From assembly GCF_009914755.1 (NCBI RefSeq), contig NC_060925.1: 64,000 nt of DNA. The stretch is one strand, 5' to 3'. Of the stretch, positions 12,748 to 24,984 are shown one piece after another. The DNA comes from the human T2T-CHM13v2.0 reference genome, Homo sapiens. Each line of letters begins with the position of its first letter. Positions within the stretch are counted from its first letter, which is position 1. A program made the position numbers and the translations under genes. The notes beneath the pieces are model-generated. The model had not been told where the DNA came from, did no database searches, and saw only the letters and a program-made list of their open reading frames with translations.

Positions 12748-14890
12748 CTAGGAATAGAAGGGAACTTCCTCAACCTAATAAAGAGCAGCTTGAAAAACTA
12801 ACAGCTAACACCCTACTTAATGGTAAAAGACTGGATACTTTCCCCTAAGATTAGAAACAGGGCAACAATGTCTGCTCCTGACACTTCTACTCAACATTTT
12901 ACTATACATTCTAGCCAGAAAGATAAGAAAAAGAAATAAAATCCATCCACATTAGAAAGAAAGAAGTACAACTAGTCTATTTGCAGATGATATGCTCTTA
13001 TATAGCGAAAGTCCTAAGGAATGCACAGAAAACTATTAGAGCTAATAAATGAGTACAGCAGTGTTGAGGATACAAGATCAGTATATAAACCTTAATTTCT
13101 ATTAATAGCAGTGAACAACCCAAAAATGAAGAAAACAATGCCATTTGTAATAGCATCAAAAATTATTTAGGAATAAATTTAACACGAGAAGCACAAGAGC
13201 TATACAATGAAAAGTATAAAACATTGTGGAAAGAAAATTTAAAAGGCCTAAATAAATGGAAAGAACCCCATGTTTATAGATTGGAACACTTAATATTGTA
13301 AAGATGAATATACTCCGCCAAACTGATCTACATATTTAATGTAATCCTCAAAATCCCAGATGCCATTTTTATAGAAATTTGCAATCATATCTTAAAATTT
13401 ATATTAAAATGCAAGAGATCCAGGATAGCCAAACAATCTTTAAAAAGAAGAACGAAGTTGGAGGTCTCATACTTCTTGATTTTAAAACTAACTACAAAGC
13501 TATGGTCAGGACTGTGTGGTACTGCCATAAAGATAGACAAATAGATAAATGGAATAAAATTGAAAGTTCAGAAGTAAATTCTTATGTTTATAAACAATTG
13601 ATTTTTGACAAAGGCACCAAGACAGTTCAATGAGGAAAGAATAGTATTTTCAATAAGTGGTACGGGGGCAGCTGCATAGATACATGCAAAAGAATGAATT
13701 TGTACCTCTTCCTCACACCATGTACAAAAATAACTCAAAATAGGTCAAAGAGCTAAATGTAAGACCTAAAACCATAAAACTCTTAGAAGAAAACATAGGT
13801 ATAAAGCTTCATGACCTTGGATAAGGCAATGGTTTCTAAGATAGGACACCCAAAGCACAAACAACAAAAGGATATAGATAAATCAGTCTTCATAAAAATT
13901 TTAAACTTTTGTTCCACAAAGAACACCATCAAGAACACGAAAAGACAACCCAAATATTTGCAAATCAACAGATGAAGGATTATGTCAGATAAGGGACTAG
14001 TATCTGGAATATATAAGGAACACTTAAAACTCAACAATAAAAAGGCAAACACTCTAGTTGAAAAGTGAGCAAAAAGTTTCAATAGACATTCTCTAAAGAA
14101 GATCTACAAATGACCAATAAACACATGAAAAGATACTCAACATTATTTGTTGTAAAGCAAATGCAAATCAAAACCACAATGAGATACACTTTCCATCCAC
14201 TAGGATGGTTGTAATAATAATAATAATAAAACGGTGGATAATAACAAGTGTTGGCCAGGATGTGGAGAAATTAGAAGCCTCAAAAATTGCTGATGGGAAT
14301 GTAAAACAGTACAGTTGCTTTGGAAAACAGTTTGGGAATTCCTCAAAACCTTAGACACAGAGTTACCATATGACCCAGCAATTCCATTCCTAGATATGTA
14401 CCCAAGAGAACTAAAAACATATTCACACACAAAATTCTACAAGAATGCACATAGCAGCCATATCTTAATAGCTGAAAAGTGGAAATAACCCAAATGCCTA
14501 GGGCTTGATTAATGGATAAACAAAACGTTGTCTATCTATATAATAGAATATTAATCATAAAAAAGAATGAAATACTAAAACATGCTATAACATGGATGAA
14601 CCTTGAAAACATTTTGCTAAGTAAAAGAAACCAGATGCAAAAGATCACATATTATACTGGTTCCATTTATATGAAATGTCCAAAATAGGAAAATTCAGAG
14701 ACAGAAAATAGACAGTGGTTGTCAAAGATTGGGGAGAGGAGTGAGTGAGAAGCAATTGCTAATAGGTATGTGGTTTCTTTTTGGGGTCATGAACTGTCCT
14801 AGGAATAAACAATGGTGGTTGTTTTACAACTTTCTGAATATACTAAAAACTACTAAATTGCACATTAAGATGGTGACTTATGATACATGA
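12748..14890 (+). mobile_element. 5'-truncated L1MB-type LINE-1 (decayed ORF2 3' part plus 3' UTR)
   Basis: ORF 13379-13633 (KKNEVGGLILLDFKTNYKAMVRTVWYCHKDRQIDKWNKIES...QLIFDKGTK) is L1 ORF2p. The 3' UTR gaaccttgaaaacattttgctaagt...ttccatttatatgaaatgtccaaaatagg is L1MB-like. Many stops and frameshifts. Confidence 0.93.
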
Positions 14891-15292
14891 TATCATAAAC
14901 ACCGATAAAAAGAAATTAGCACTAAATAAAAGCACAAAATAGATGAATCTCAAAAAAATGTAAATAGGACCTGGTTATGTAACTACTCATATTCCTATGT
15001 AACCTTGGGCTAGAAGCTCAATCATTCAGTGCAGAAGAAATACCTGCTGACAGTTATGGTTGTGAATCACCAGTGATATTTGCCTTGGTTTTATCTAGGC
15101 TGTGTTTCATCATGTCTCTGCTCCAAACAGCTCATCTTCCCCTTAATGCACCTATTCTGTAGTCCTTCTGTTATCTGCATTACTCTCTAATTAACACCTT
15201 CAAGCCCCTTAAAAGTAGGACCATCAAGCTAGACAACTGTAAACAGATATTCTCTAACATATATTAAAAAATAGTTTCAAAATAAATTAAGT

Positions 15293-15540
15293 TTATTTCA
15301 ACAAATATTGATTGATTGTCTGCCATGGGCCAGGTACTTAGGTAAACTACAAAGAAAAAAAAAGAAATACATAAGACCTGTCTTTAAGGAGTCAACAAAT
15401 AAATAAATAATGACAACAGAATGTAATCAATATAAACAGAAATAGATCTGATGGGGAGTGAAGGGGCAGTGAAAGTAAATATCAAGGAAGTCTTCCTTGA
15501 AGAAAAAGACTATTCAGGGTTTTCAAGAATGAATAGGAGT
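15293..15540 (-). mobile_element. L2 fragment
   Basis: ttatttcaacaaatattgattgattgtctgccatgggccagg...atcaaggaagtcttccttgaaga. Confidence 0.6.
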
Positions 15541-16336
15541 CTCCCACAGTACACTTTTTCTCAAAAACAAAAATCCTGTCTTTGGCAGGCAGCTTTGTTC
15601 TGATGCAGCCCCTGTAGCACAGTTCATTCATACAATAGCGCTAGCTGGATTTAGGGGATTTAGAACAGCAATCATGCTATTCAGGAGGAGTTACAGTTTC
15701 CTGCATCTTCCCTTGGAGCAGAGTCAACTTTAGATAAATTTTTGAATAAAGCAGTCTGTCTCTGGCACATTCTCAGCCACTTTTATGTTTAGAAATCTCT
15801 CCTCAGGTTCTTACTAAAGCCTTGGCTGCCCCCACTATGCCCAGAGGCTCTTTGTTACCAGATCAGCTCCTTCCTCTCCCTCTCCCATCCTTTCTTCAGC
15901 TAATGAGTTAGGAGAACAAGCTGAGTAAACATAGTACATTCTTGGCATTTGTATAGCCTTTGCATTCAGTTTTTTTGCTATTTTCAAGCACCTCTAAAGG
16001 TCCTTAATACATTGTAATTTGTAACTTTGTTATGTCATAAACTTAAATCATGAGTCACTTGGTACAAGTCACTTAGTGAGTAGAGTAGTTGAACACCTGC
16101 ACCCACATCTTTGTAATTGTCATTTTATTATTATAGCTACAATAATTTTCGAGAAATAACGGAAAAATGCTTCCTAGTGAAAACATTCTTAAAAGAAAAC
16201 CAACATCTAGTGCTAGGAACAAATTTGGAAAAGTTCAAGAAAGTGATGTTTCTTAACCGAAAATACTGTAACTGTACATTGATTTTAGGCCTATATGAAA
16301 GACACCTTTAAAATTTCCAGTGTGCTTCAAGGTGGG

Positions 16337-16605
16337 TTCATTCATTCACTAATTTGATCAAAAATATTTCTTAAACAGACATCGTGTTAGCAGCTGGAAA
16401 TACAAAAATAGAGACAAGGTCTATGCCCTCATGAAGCTGAAAGTCTATTAGGGAACCCAGACATTACACAAGTAAATACAATATAAAGGTTATGAGTATT
16501 TTGATCCAGGAGGCCCTAAGAACATAGAGCGGAGGACTACCGAACAGTAGTCCCGGAGTCAGCAGTCTCTGTGATAAAGTGACAGTTAACCTGAGACTTG
16601 AAGAA
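16337..16605 (-). mobile_element. L2 fragment
   Basis: ttcattcattcact...gacaaggtctatgccctcatgaagctgaaagtcta...ctgagacttgaaga. Confidence 0.6.
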
Positions 16606-16870
16606 CATGTGTGTGTTGGGGGTGGGGGCATCTAAACCAACCAATTTTAAAGATTTACTAAATCTGTGTATCTAATTTCAACTGATATCCAGGGAAAAAC
16701 AATGACTCTGACTTGAGGGAAGGGTGAAACCCTCTGGTCATTCACATCACAAAAGGATGTATAAAGGACTTTGACATCAAATACAACACAAATTCACTAA
16801 AGTGGTACATTATTTATTTAAATCAAAATGCAGTTACAGGCAACGTTCTAAATGAGACTTTCTTCTTGAG

Positions 16871-16938
16871 GTACAACCAAGAACAATGAAAATCCCAGAT
16901 GATCCAAAAGCATCCTTTGAGAATTGTATGAGTTATAG
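16871..16938 (+). CDS. C1orf105: C1orf105 coding exon (exon 5): VQPRTMKIPDDPKASFENCMSY(R)
   Basis: Acceptor tttcttcttgag|GTA, strong donor TAG|gtaagt. 68 nt, phase 0 to 2. Frame continuous with neighbouring exons. Confidence 0.94.
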
Positions 16939-17430
16939 GTAAGTCAACAATTTAAATCAGGACATGACTTAATTCTTGTTATGTCTGAGGACACAGGAGA
17001 GTGGATTGAGAAGCCTAGTAAGAGGAATGTTTAAGGAATGCTTAGGGAACAGGCTTCTTGACTGGTTTTATTTTTAGGTTAAACCAAATTATTAGATCAA
17101 AAAAGAAAGTTCACCTTTTTGCTTGAACAACTACTGAAACTATTGTAGAAAGTATAATCTTCCTTTCCACCTTCACAAGAACAATATAAGAAACAGAATA
17201 GGAAATTTCTTTGATAATTCAGATGGAACTAAATACAAATTCTCCATGTAGATGACATATCTAATCTGCAAGATATGGGGGATTACACATAATCTTTCCT
17301 TAGTCCAAGATGTTCTCTGCTACGTTTTAGTAACTAAAATTCCTCTTTATCAGTTTGTTTGGTTGTTATTTAAAGCTTTTTTTAAATCAAGATCGAGTAT
17401 AACAGATATAAAATCCAATTGGAATTATGA

Positions 17431-17768
<338 letters not shown>

Positions 17769-19591
17769 TAGTTTTTCAAAGAGTTTTTTTCTTCTATATT
17801 TAACTACTAGGCAGGGAAGAAGGACTCTGTTTTTACTTTATTACAACATGCAAAACATGGACTCATTCTAAACAGGACATCAACACAGGTCAACTTGCAT
17901 TGCAATAGATGGTTGGAAAGTAGACATACACTCACCTTTACATATGACTAACCAAAAAAGCTATATGTAATCTAATGCCCATTTTAATTTTTTCCTCATA
18001 CAGTCAGCAATAATGTGGAAAAATAAATAGGTTTTTCTGTAACCTTATGTTGCACAATGGTACATGTCCTGATTCCTTTTATGACCTTAGGGCCATTTGT
18101 TCCAGACTCAAATATAGACCCAGATACACTGAAAACATGCACCCAGTTCCTGGCCAAGGTAGACAAAGTTATGGAGGAAGTGGCTATTTGAGCAGTACAA
18201 GCTCCATCACTAATAACATTTACCTGTACTGACTCTACATTTTTAAAGAGCTCTTATATGATAAAAGTAATTCTAGTAAATATTCATTATGAACTTTAAA
18301 TGGAAAACTGAAGCATCTAAAATCAGAGATTTCTGAGCAAAATTTCACCCTTCTGTGAAATAACCTTTCGAAATTTGTTGCCCCATTTTACTTATCTTGC
18401 AAGTTTTGTACTTTATTTAAATACAAAATTCCAGAACATTAATTAGTTGTATTTTAAACAAATAGCTCTTATCCCTTTAAAAGTAAGACCAAGGATTAAA
18501 CCAGTTCTAAAATCATGTCAACATCAACCAGACGTATCATGAGATTGATTGTTGTATTCTGTTTTTCAGTGTTATGGAGGAAAACATACCACTTCTGTGT
18601 GAGACTTAGCTAGAGTGACTATAAAGCAAGGGCCTGGTTCTACCTCTAACTTTTCCAAATTTGTTTCTAGCACTAGATATTGGTTTCTGTTTTCATACTT
18701 TTTAAGTATCACTGCATATATAGGCAAATGGAATTATCTTCACTGAAATTGTGGTTTTTTAAAAAGTGACTTTAATTATAGCCATTGCAGGAATTAAAAT
18801 ATAATACTTATTGAATGAAAAGAATGAAGGAAAAAAGGAAGAGAGGGAGAAAAGATGCAGGATAGATACATATTTGTTGAATTGTAGAATAGACAGAGCT
18901 TAAACTATTCAGTCCTGAACATACCATCTGCCTGTTTGCACAAAATGGATAATAGAAGGGGTTTTGCTTTCTCTTTTTCTCAATCTCAGTGACAATTGAT
19001 TAAAGCAAACTGGCTTAACTCACTATATTTTTGGTAGCAAAGCAAAAATAATCTCGGAAGATCTTTGTGGAAGCAGAAACCATGAAATGAATGTAGAGCC
19101 TTAGATGGCCCATCAAAGTTTACAAATATGTCAGTCTTTAGAAATTAAGCAATTTAAACTAATGTAGAAGAGGTTTTGGCTTATATGCATTTTCCTCAAG
19201 GGTCACCTCCACAGCCTTGGCCACCAGGAGAAATAGGATGTGGTCAGGGCATTTTCTGTGAAATGGGAAGGTTCTAACCAAAATGTTTTCTCAGCTTTAC
19301 TCTTTAAAGGTAGATTATTGATCTGGAAGAGTTCTGTTTTTTTTTTTTCTGGAAATTGAAGAACTCTTTCCTTTATTCCTCCTATTTTCAGACCACATAT
19401 GTTCTGACAGTGGAATAAAACATTCAAAATGAAGGTTTTATCAAAAATCCATGAAAACAACACTAATCAAAAAGAGATTGAGAATTAGTAGTCTTTGGAT
19501 CAATCATCTTACATTGCTAGAAAGTGGCCTTATCATCAGGTTAACCGGTAGTAGATTCAAGAGATTACGTGTGTTTAAAAATGTATAAAGA

Positions 19592-19946
<355 letters not shown>

Positions 19947-19988
19947 CTAGCCAATTGACTAATGTGTTTTCTTGTTTCTTCCAATCAG

Positions 19989-20053
19989 AATGAGTCTTCA
20001 TCAACCCAAATTCCAGACTACACCTGAGCCTTTCCATGATGACATCCCAACAG
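19989..20053 (+). CDS. C1orf105: C1orf105 coding exon (exon 6): (R)[21 protein letters not shown](E)
   Basis: Branch-like gactaat, then pyrimidine tract and aatcag|AAT; donor CAG|gtttgc. 65 nt, phase 2 to 1. Confidence 0.95.
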
Positions 20054-21257
20054 GTTTGCTTTCTTTTAGAGTACTTATAGTGTGAAACACACTAGAAAAA
20101 AATGCCATAGAATGACAGTCTAATCCCTAAAATAATTTCTAAATTTCCTGAGCAAATCCTCACTTTCTATCCCTTTCTCTTTCACGTATTGTCTTTTGAC
20201 CTGCTGGAATTGGTTCACAGCCCTTCTTTCACTCCAGCACCACCTGTGCCCTCCTCAGGCCTCACTTGCCCTTATACATGTCATGTTCCTTCCCAGGATC
20301 TGTCCACAACATATGGCTGAAGACTTTCCATGGAGATGGGGTACAAACAAAATAAAAGTTCTCCTATTGGCAGTCCTGATGGTATCAATCAAAATGGGAA
20401 GGGAACTGCATCTCTATACCCTCAGAGCGGCCTCACCAAGGCCCTGAACCTTTCACTCCACCAGCTCCCTAAAATACCTGCCTTCTCCCAGCAGCTGCCT
20501 GTGCTATTCTTATCTTCACTTGCTGTTGATAGAAACAAGGAAAGCAGCTCTATTTCAGGCTTCAGCATTGACCTAAGTCTCAGCTTTAGTTAAGGCAACA
20601 CTGGGCTGGTGAAGATGGAGTGAGCCATTATTTGGGGTAATATAATTCAAGGGCTTACTGCAGCACAGGCTGTCACTTTAGTGACTTTGTCCATTTTCTC
20701 ATTTGCTCCCATATTGACTGAAGCCACTTGAATTTTTCTCTCATTTGATACATACAGTAAAGAAAATCAGGATAACTTTCCTCACTCTATACATATGGAA
20801 AAATCTTTTATCTTAAGAGGTTGCAGGGGAACTAGAGCCAGAACTGAAAAGATTTCTAGAAAGGAAATTTGAGGATTGAAGGGATGTCTTGAGGGGATGC
20901 CAAAAGGGAGGACCAGAACTCAGGTTACAGCTGAGGTTTGGGGATATCCACTCGAGTGGAGTGAAAGTCTTCCAGTCCTAATGAATCGCTTCTTATGTAT
21001 CCCAAAATATTGGCCTAGTTCATGGCTCTCATTTAGCCAAAGTGGAACCAAGAGCCTGGAGCTAAGAGTACCTACCCAACGAAAGCTACCCAATCTGCTG
21101 TTCCCTGGTCTATGATCACCTCATTCTTTTGAAGCCAAGAGAACATGGGTGATAGGCATGTGCAGTTGATTTCATAGTTATCTGTGCCAGCCACACACTC
21201 ATTCTGAGTTTCCTTTGGACCTGGACTTTTTTCAGACCTGCATTGCAAAGGAATGAA

Positions 21258-21258
21258 T

Positions 21259-21290
<32 letters not shown>

Positions 21291-21300
21291 ATCACACACA
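21258..21300 (+). repeat. (CA)n microsatellite
   Basis: Directly visible interrupted CA run. Confidence 0.95.
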
Positions 21301-22204
21301 ATCATTGTGTGCCTTTCCCTCAGCAAGAATATATTTTTTGGTCCTAGAGAACAATGTAACAAGATGCCTTTCATCAATGTATTATCTCTGGGAGTATACT
21401 TCAATTAGCAATTTAAGAGCTAGATTTTGTGTGCACAGGAACAGCATGTTATGTTCTTGGATGGCCCTGATTCTTGTCCATAGAGTTCATCCTAGAACAG
21501 TAATCTTAGAGGTGGGACTACAGGGAGAATAGTTGTAAAACTGGCTAGGAGCTGAAGCTTGGTAGATCTACTGTTTATTATAGCCATGGCCCTTCTGAGC
21601 TGACTCTGCTCTTGTATGTGCTCTTAGAGGTCATGAAAACGGCACTAGGCTAGAAGCGATGAGACCTCGGTAGGAATCCTAGTCTTGCTATATAGGCTTG
21701 GCCTCTGTGTTCCCACCTGTAAAACCAGAGTAGCATGTTGTCCCACTGAAAGCTAGACCTTCAGCACAAGTGGTCTTCACCTTTGACTGACCCAGGAAAA
21801 CTGCTGACACTGCCCCATCCCCACTGGATTATAGAGCTTAGACATGTCCATACTGTGGTACTTGCTGCTTATTGCTGAAGCCACCTTCCACCTGTGCTGT
21901 GTTCCCTGTGGATTGCTACAAATGCCAAGTGACTGACTCATCCCAGTGAACAACATTACTGCCAATGACTGTCTAACTCAACTGTTGGTCACAATGATTG
22001 CTAGCATTTTTTTCTGGATTCTGCTTATCCTTACATATTATCAATAATTCTTAATGACAACTAAGGAAATAGAAAGAACTTATCTTTACAAGTGATGCAG
22101 ATTCCTTCATGAATCTTTGACTTGATCCCAGAATCCCATGACACCCACGGACTCTTAATCTCAATAAACATTAGTACAGATGCTAACCACCTCATAGGGG
22201 CCTA

Positions 22205-22320
22205 CCACCTGGCATAGTGGTATGATATGGCACAAAGAGCACTGGGTTAGGATTAAGAATGTCTGGGTTCTGGTTCTTAGTCCATTAGTGTCTGTGACCT
22301 TGGACTGCTGTTCCCTCTTA
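22205..22320 (+). mobile_element. MIR fragment
   Basis: gcacaaagagcactgggttagg...ctgggttctggttcttagtcc...tgtgaccttggac. Confidence 0.65.
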
Positions 22321-23122
22321 ATTACAGTGATGAGACTGAACTGGATCCAAGGTTTGTGATCCTGTAACATCTCTAGCTCTCATTCAGTTGGACTTTGTTC
22401 TCTGGAGCTTGTTCCAGAGAATTCAGAGTTCCAATTCTCTTAGTCACTCAGCGATTCCCAATGGGAAGATGTTATTTCATGCACTGGTTTACCCCCATTC
22501 AAGTTATATGTCTTCTGGAAAAATTGAATATTAACCAACTTTTAATAAATCATTTTGAAGAAGAGATAGGGTAAGGATTTTAAATAACCCTAAAATAAAT
22601 TATTTCACAAAATACAGATTTCTTTTGAAACAAAAGTACTTTCTGTCCCTACTGTAGCCTTTTTATAAGATCATGTTTATTCCTTATTTTTATTTTTTTA
22701 AAGAACAGAACTATATATGTGTCCCTGAAAAGTCTCCTGAGAATTGAATCCTCTTTTCTCTTTCACTCATATTACAACACCAGACATGTTTTATCTTCAT
22801 TTTTAATTTAATTGGTAATGACGTCTAATACTTGAGTTTTGTTTCTGGGTACTCCTTTTGGCCTCATTGACAAGATTTGTAAAAGTTTAAATGTTGTGAG
22901 GGGAAAAGGCAATTTCATTAAAAGAAATTCTTAGGTGAGTTTTTTGTTCCATTTTCTTAAGAAAAAATAAAAGGTGGATTTGAAAATCAAATTATTAGGT
23001 GAATTTTAAATCTGTTTTATAAGGTTGAAGAAGTCTTTGTTGGCCTGTGGTTATTTTGAGCTTCTTTAAGAATAGAATCTAAGTAGTCCTTATCCTTCTT
23101 TCCTTCTTGTACTGTCATCCAG

Positions 23123-23268
23123 AAAACATTCACTACAGACTGCCCATTCTGGGCCCCAGGACAGCTGTCTTCCACGGATTACTGACAGAGGCCTACAAAA
23201 CTCTAAAAGAGAGACAACGTTCTTCCTTGCCCAGAAAGGAACCAATAGGCAAGACAACGAGGCAGTGA
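23123..23268 (+). CDS. C1orf105: C1orf105 last coding exon (exon 7): (E)[47 protein letters not shown]
   Basis: Acceptor gtcatccag|AAA, 146 nt to TGA at 23266-23268. Completes the recalled C-terminus. Confidence 0.96.
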
Positions 23269-23510
23269 GCGGTAGGAGCTCATCACCTCCCAGACTCCCA
23301 GAGAGAAAATAACCTCGCCAAGCCAATCTTTGACACTGGCACCTTCTCCTCACAATTTTCTCTCTTCTCCCAAAAGATGATTTAATTTTGCCTTCCTAAG
23401 ATTGCTGGTATTCTAGCTCTTACCTCTATGTTCTTTCTCACGTCTCCTAAAGACAAAATTGTTTAATTTACATGATTATAAAGATCTGTTTATGAAAATG
23501 GAACATGGTA
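23269..23510 (+). other. C1orf105: C1orf105 3' UTR; end approximate, candidate variant poly(A) signal TATAAA at 23477-23482
   Basis: Follows the stop codon. TATAAA is followed by U-rich sequence. The first canonical AATAAA is at 23676-23681. Confidence 0.55.
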
Positions 23511-24041
23511 ACTGTCTCTCATTTTATTTTCTTAAAGGTTCTTCTCTACGTTAAGGTGGAAAATGTCCTTCTGTTTCTAAGTCACAAGTTTTCTGTGAAA
23601 GTTATTTCAGCTCTTTCTTCAGGACAGGGGCCAGAGATGGCTCCATGAAATCCCTCATGAATTCAGCTTATTAAGAATAAAGGAATAGGCTAGATGTGGT
23701 AGCTTACACCTGTAATCCCAGCACTTTGGGAGGCCAAGGTGGGTGGACAAAGTGGTTTAATTTACATGATTATAAAGATCTGTTGATGAAAATGGAAGAT
23801 GGTAACTGTCTCTCATTTTATTTTGTTAAAGATTCCTCTCTATGTTAAAGTGGAAAACATCCTTCTGTTTTTAAGTCACAAGTTTTCTATGAAAGTTATT
23901 TCAGCTCTTTCTTCAGGACAGGGGCCAGAGATGGCCCCATGAAATCCCTCATGAATTCAGCTTATTAAGAATAAAAGAATAGGCTAGGTGCGGTAGCTCA
24001 TACCTGTAATCCCAGCACTTTGGGAGGCCAAGGCGGGTGGA
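23452..24041 (+). repeat. Tandem duplication, 2 x 294 bp, ~93% identical
   Basis: Copy 1 at 23452-23745 and copy 2 at 23746-24039 aligned by hand, about 20 substitutions. Each copy ends in an Alu 5' head. Confidence 0.97.
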
Positions 24042-24300
24042 TCACCTGAAGTCAAGTGTTCAAGACCAGCCTGGTCAACATGGCGAAAACCTGTCTCTAC
24101 TAAAAATACAAAAAGTAGCCGGCCGTGGCTGGTAGCAGGTGCCTGTAATCCCAGCTACTCAGGAGGCTGAGTCAGGAGAATCACTTGAACCCAGAAGACA
24201 GGGGTTGCAGTGAGCCAAGATCACACCACTGCACTCCAGCCTGGGCAACAGAGTGAGACTCTATCTCAAATAAAATAAAATAAAATAAAATAAAAATATA
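23982..24300 (+). mobile_element. Full-length AluS; its first ~60 nt are duplicated at 23688-23747
   Basis: Alu body with (TAAAA)n tail. Confidence 0.96.
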
Positions 24301-24319
24301 AAAAAGAACAAAGATGTGG

Positions 24320-24461
24320 GGCTGGGCACAGTGGCTCAAGCCTGTAGTCCCAGTGCTTTGGGAGGCTGAGGCAGGAGGATCACTTGAGGTCAAGAGTTCA
24401 AGACCAGCCTGGGCAATAAAGGGAGACCCCTATGTCTACAAAAGTAAATAATAATAAAAAA
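24320..24461 (+). mobile_element. FLAM/AluJ monomer
   Basis: ggctgggcacagtggctcaagcctgtagtcccag...gagacccctatgtctacaaaa plus A-rich tail. Confidence 0.85.
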
Positions 24462-24984
24462 AAGAATAAAGGAGAAAAAGAGAAGTTGCCATCTAGCCTT
24501 ATCTGTGTTTGTTAACTCTGGTAGATGGCAGAGGATACTGTGATGCAATGACTGGAAAATGGCAAGGCATTCGTCGTTGCAACCCTGAAGCACAGGAACT
24601 GTGCCTTGCCTTGCCCTTCTCACGTCACTTCCTTTAGTGCCTCTCATATGTGAGAAGTTCAGCTAATCCTGGCTTAATAAAAACCATACCTAGTGCATGT
24701 ATTATGTAGTTTGATTACTTTGGTTGGAAGATGTATGCATCCAGATTTGTCCCAATCTGTGTGTCCATCTGCAGTGTGAGGGAGACAAAAGAAAACTCTA
24801 GGCTGGCAAATATTATATTTATAGGCACATATGTTTCATGTCCAGCTTATTGGGGGGGGTATATATATAAAAAGAACACCTCTGTTATTTAAGAAGCAAT
24901 GGTCTTGTCTTATCGCAAGATCCTGACTAACTGGAAACTGGATCAACATGTGAGAACCAACCTCTGCCTGACTGTATTTGAAGA

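Noticed and set aside
13379-14430. ORFs with protein-like content
   Set aside because: Decayed L1 ORF2 pieces and their antisense frames.
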